A stretch of DNA of 25,345 nucleotides from a virus (lineage: Duplodnaviria; Caudoviricetes). Within the stretch, counting starts at the first letter, position 1; the number at the start of each line of letters is the position of its first letter. The DNA lies in the IMG/VR virus record IMGVR_UViG_3300037704_000023, positions 1-25,345 of that record; one strand, 5' to 3'. The notes beneath the pieces are model-generated. The model was not told the origin of the DNA, searched no databases, and saw nothing but the letters and a program-made list of their open reading frames with translations. Positions 23,875 to 25,345 of the stretch are shown piece by piece. A program made the translations under genes and the position numbers.

Positions 23875-24164
23875 CAGTTCGCCAGGGAATCCGCGTAGTA
23901 GCGCATGCTCACCACAGTCACGGGGTAGGTGAGCTCGTCCAGCATCTTCACCCGCGACAGGGGGCTGTCAGGCTCGTTGTTCTCGTCCCCCTGGGCGTAG
24001 GACGTGGCGAAGAACTCGTCGTCCTCTGCTGTCGCGATGAGCCAGCCACGAGCGTTGGCGTCATACACGTACACGTGGTCCAGAGGCCAGTGATAGCCCT
24101 CGTCCAGGAACTTCACCAGGTCCTTGTGCCCGAACTCCATGATCTCAGCTGCGGTGCGCTCCAT
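23874..24164 (-). CDS. Hypothetical protein
   Basis: 96 aa, TGATG-coupled on both sides. Confidence 0.7.
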   Translation of the reverse strand: MERTAAEIMEFGHKDLVKFLDEGYHWPLDHVYVYDANARGWLIATAEDDEFFATSYAQGDENNEPDSPLSRVKMLDELTYPVTVVSMRYYADSLAN

Positions 24165-24415
24165 CAGTTCTCCCTGGGTGTGAAGGTTGCTGCTACACGT
24201 GCGCCTGCGTAGGTCTCTGTGCCGTTGTACAGGACGTAGAAGATGCTGTCGTAGAAGTGATCGACGCTGTCCCCGTATGCCTTGTCCGCGAAGGCCACAG
24301 CTGGGCGGATCTTGCCCCGCGCCGTCACGTAGCCCTCGACGACCTTGTGGTGCTGGGCTCGCCAGCTCTTGTGAGCGTCACGCCAGAAGAAGACGGCCTC
24401 GATGTCATCACTCAT
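24164..24415 (-). CDS. Hypothetical protein
   Basis: Start revised to ATG 24415 (ATGA overlap); 83 aa MSDDIEAVFFWRDAHKSW... Confidence 0.7.
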   Translation of the reverse strand: MSDDIEAVFFWRDAHKSWRAQHHKVVEGYVTARGKIRPAVAFADKAYGDSVDHFYDSIFYVLYNGTETYAGARVAATFTPREN

Positions 24416-24801
24416 CGGATCCCTCGCTCCACTCGGCTGTCCCAGTCCTGGCGGAAGGCGATCTTCTCCTCCTGCGTCTTGGGGATGGCACTCGACTCCT
24501 GCACCATCGTGATCTCCACGTTCTGGGCATCCAGGATGAACTCGGTGGCAGGGGCGAACATCTCCTTGAAGCGCGCATCCTTGTACGCCTGTGCGAACTC
24601 CCCGTCCCAGACGATCCACTCGCCTGGCTCTGGGTAGGTCACGCCCATCTCCGTGTCCATCTGGATGAGGTTGCTGGTCTCGTCCATGATGCTCAGCTCG
24701 TACTCGTCCCCGAGCATGTCTCTGATCTGGCCGAACGTGTCTTCCTTGCCGTCCCACTGGATGGCGTCTACGGCTACCTGCCGGGTCAGGTACCTGGTCA
24801 T
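24412..24801 (-). CDS. Conserved-looking phage hypothetical protein (VDAIQWDG...PGEWIV)
   Basis: Start revised to ATG 24801 (ATGA overlap); 129 aa; pattern resembles a widespread small phage family. Confidence 0.7.
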   Translation of the reverse strand: MTRYLTRQVAVDAIQWDGKEDTFGQIRDMLGDEYELSIMDETSNLIQMDTEMGVTYPEPGEWIVWDGEFAQAYKDARFKEMFAPATEFILDAQNVEITMVQESSAIPKTQEEKIAFRQDWDSRVERGIR

Positions 24802-25154
24802 GCGCCCATCTGCTCTCTTGCCCACATCAGCGTGGCTTCCATGTGCTCGCGCAGGTCATCCATCACTGTCTCCTGGTTGTTCGTCCAGTGCTCGTAGAAC
24901 GCCAGCACCGTCACAGCCAGGGACAGGATGTGCTGCCCAACCTCTTCACGCGTTACGGTCCCGTCCTCCTTGAGGATGTTGTGAGACATGTTGCGCAACA
25001 CAGCAGCGCTCAGTTCTCCGGCTTCCTCACTGAGCTTGGTCAGCCTGGCGTAGCTGACCATCCGCCCGTCTCGCACACCAGCAGACATAGCCACGTCCAG
25101 CAGCTTGCTGAACTGGGCAGCCTGGCCGCTGATCTCTTCGTTGATCTCGCTCAT
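24798..25154 (-). CDS. MazG-like nucleotide pyrophosphohydrolase fold protein
   Basis: Start revised to ATG 25154; RLTKLSEEAGELSAAVL matches the first MazG acidic motif; second motif atypical. Confidence 0.55.
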   Translation of the reverse strand: MSEINEEISGQAAQFSKLLDVAMSAGVRDGRMVSYARLTKLSEEAGELSAAVLRNMSHNILKEDGTVTREEVGQHILSLAVTVLAFYEHWTNNQETVMDDLREHMEATLMWAREQMGA

Positions 25155-25345
25155 CGGTACAGCACTCCGATCATCTCGAACCCCACTACGGTGTCTGTCT
25201 CCCCAGCCATCTGGCTGTAGACCTTCTGGAAGTGGATCGCCTCCACCATCACCTTGAGGTCGTTGTCCTTCGCGTACTGGAACATCTGGTTCCACACGTT
25301 GTTCGGCCCGTCCATCGTTCCGTCGAAGAACGTGTCGATGTACTG
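25151..25345 (-). CDS. Hypothetical protein (partial, start outside the window)
   Basis: Open frame QYIDTFFDGTMDGPNNVWNQMF...EMIGVLYR*, with its stop overlapping ATG 25154. Confidence 0.6.
   Translation of the reverse strand, partial: QYIDTFFDGTMDGPNNVWNQMFQYAKDNDLKVMVEAIHFQKVYSQMAGETDTVVGFEMIGVLYR

Overview
A high-GC tailed-phage genome segment, most likely from an actinobacteriophage (inferred from GC content, gene families and lysis genes). Nearly all real genes are on the minus strand. In transcription order (right to left): small early-type genes, a divergent RHH regulator with palindromic operator-like repeats, portal, a basic HExxH protein, DUF6275-like protein, fibre-like protein, GDPD, three tiny ORFs and an antisense tRNA(CAT), M15 endolysin and holin-like gene, a fibre/BppU-like module, a 1114-aa protein, a MuF protein, an inverted three-gene lysis-type cassette, an XkdF-like prohead protease, two basic Gly-zipper proteins, scaffold, decoration protein, major capsid and a head-tail adaptor (partial). 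The main unexplained signal is a set of short motifs shared by about eight otherwise unrelated proteins: (i) hydrophobic-x-K|[ASMGN] putative protease sites, (ii) short aromatic tags (SAWGV / NPF) at N-termini or bracketed by two such sites, and (iii) a Y-x-RD-xx-G[RK]F tag. Together they suggest a capsid cargo addressing/processing/ejection system whose cargo includes a zincin-like protease, a degenerate JAB-like domain and Gly-zipper hairpins. The protease also looks split, with its EISLVDKGAN strand on the scaffold. All functional calls come from reading motifs by eye; no searches were run.
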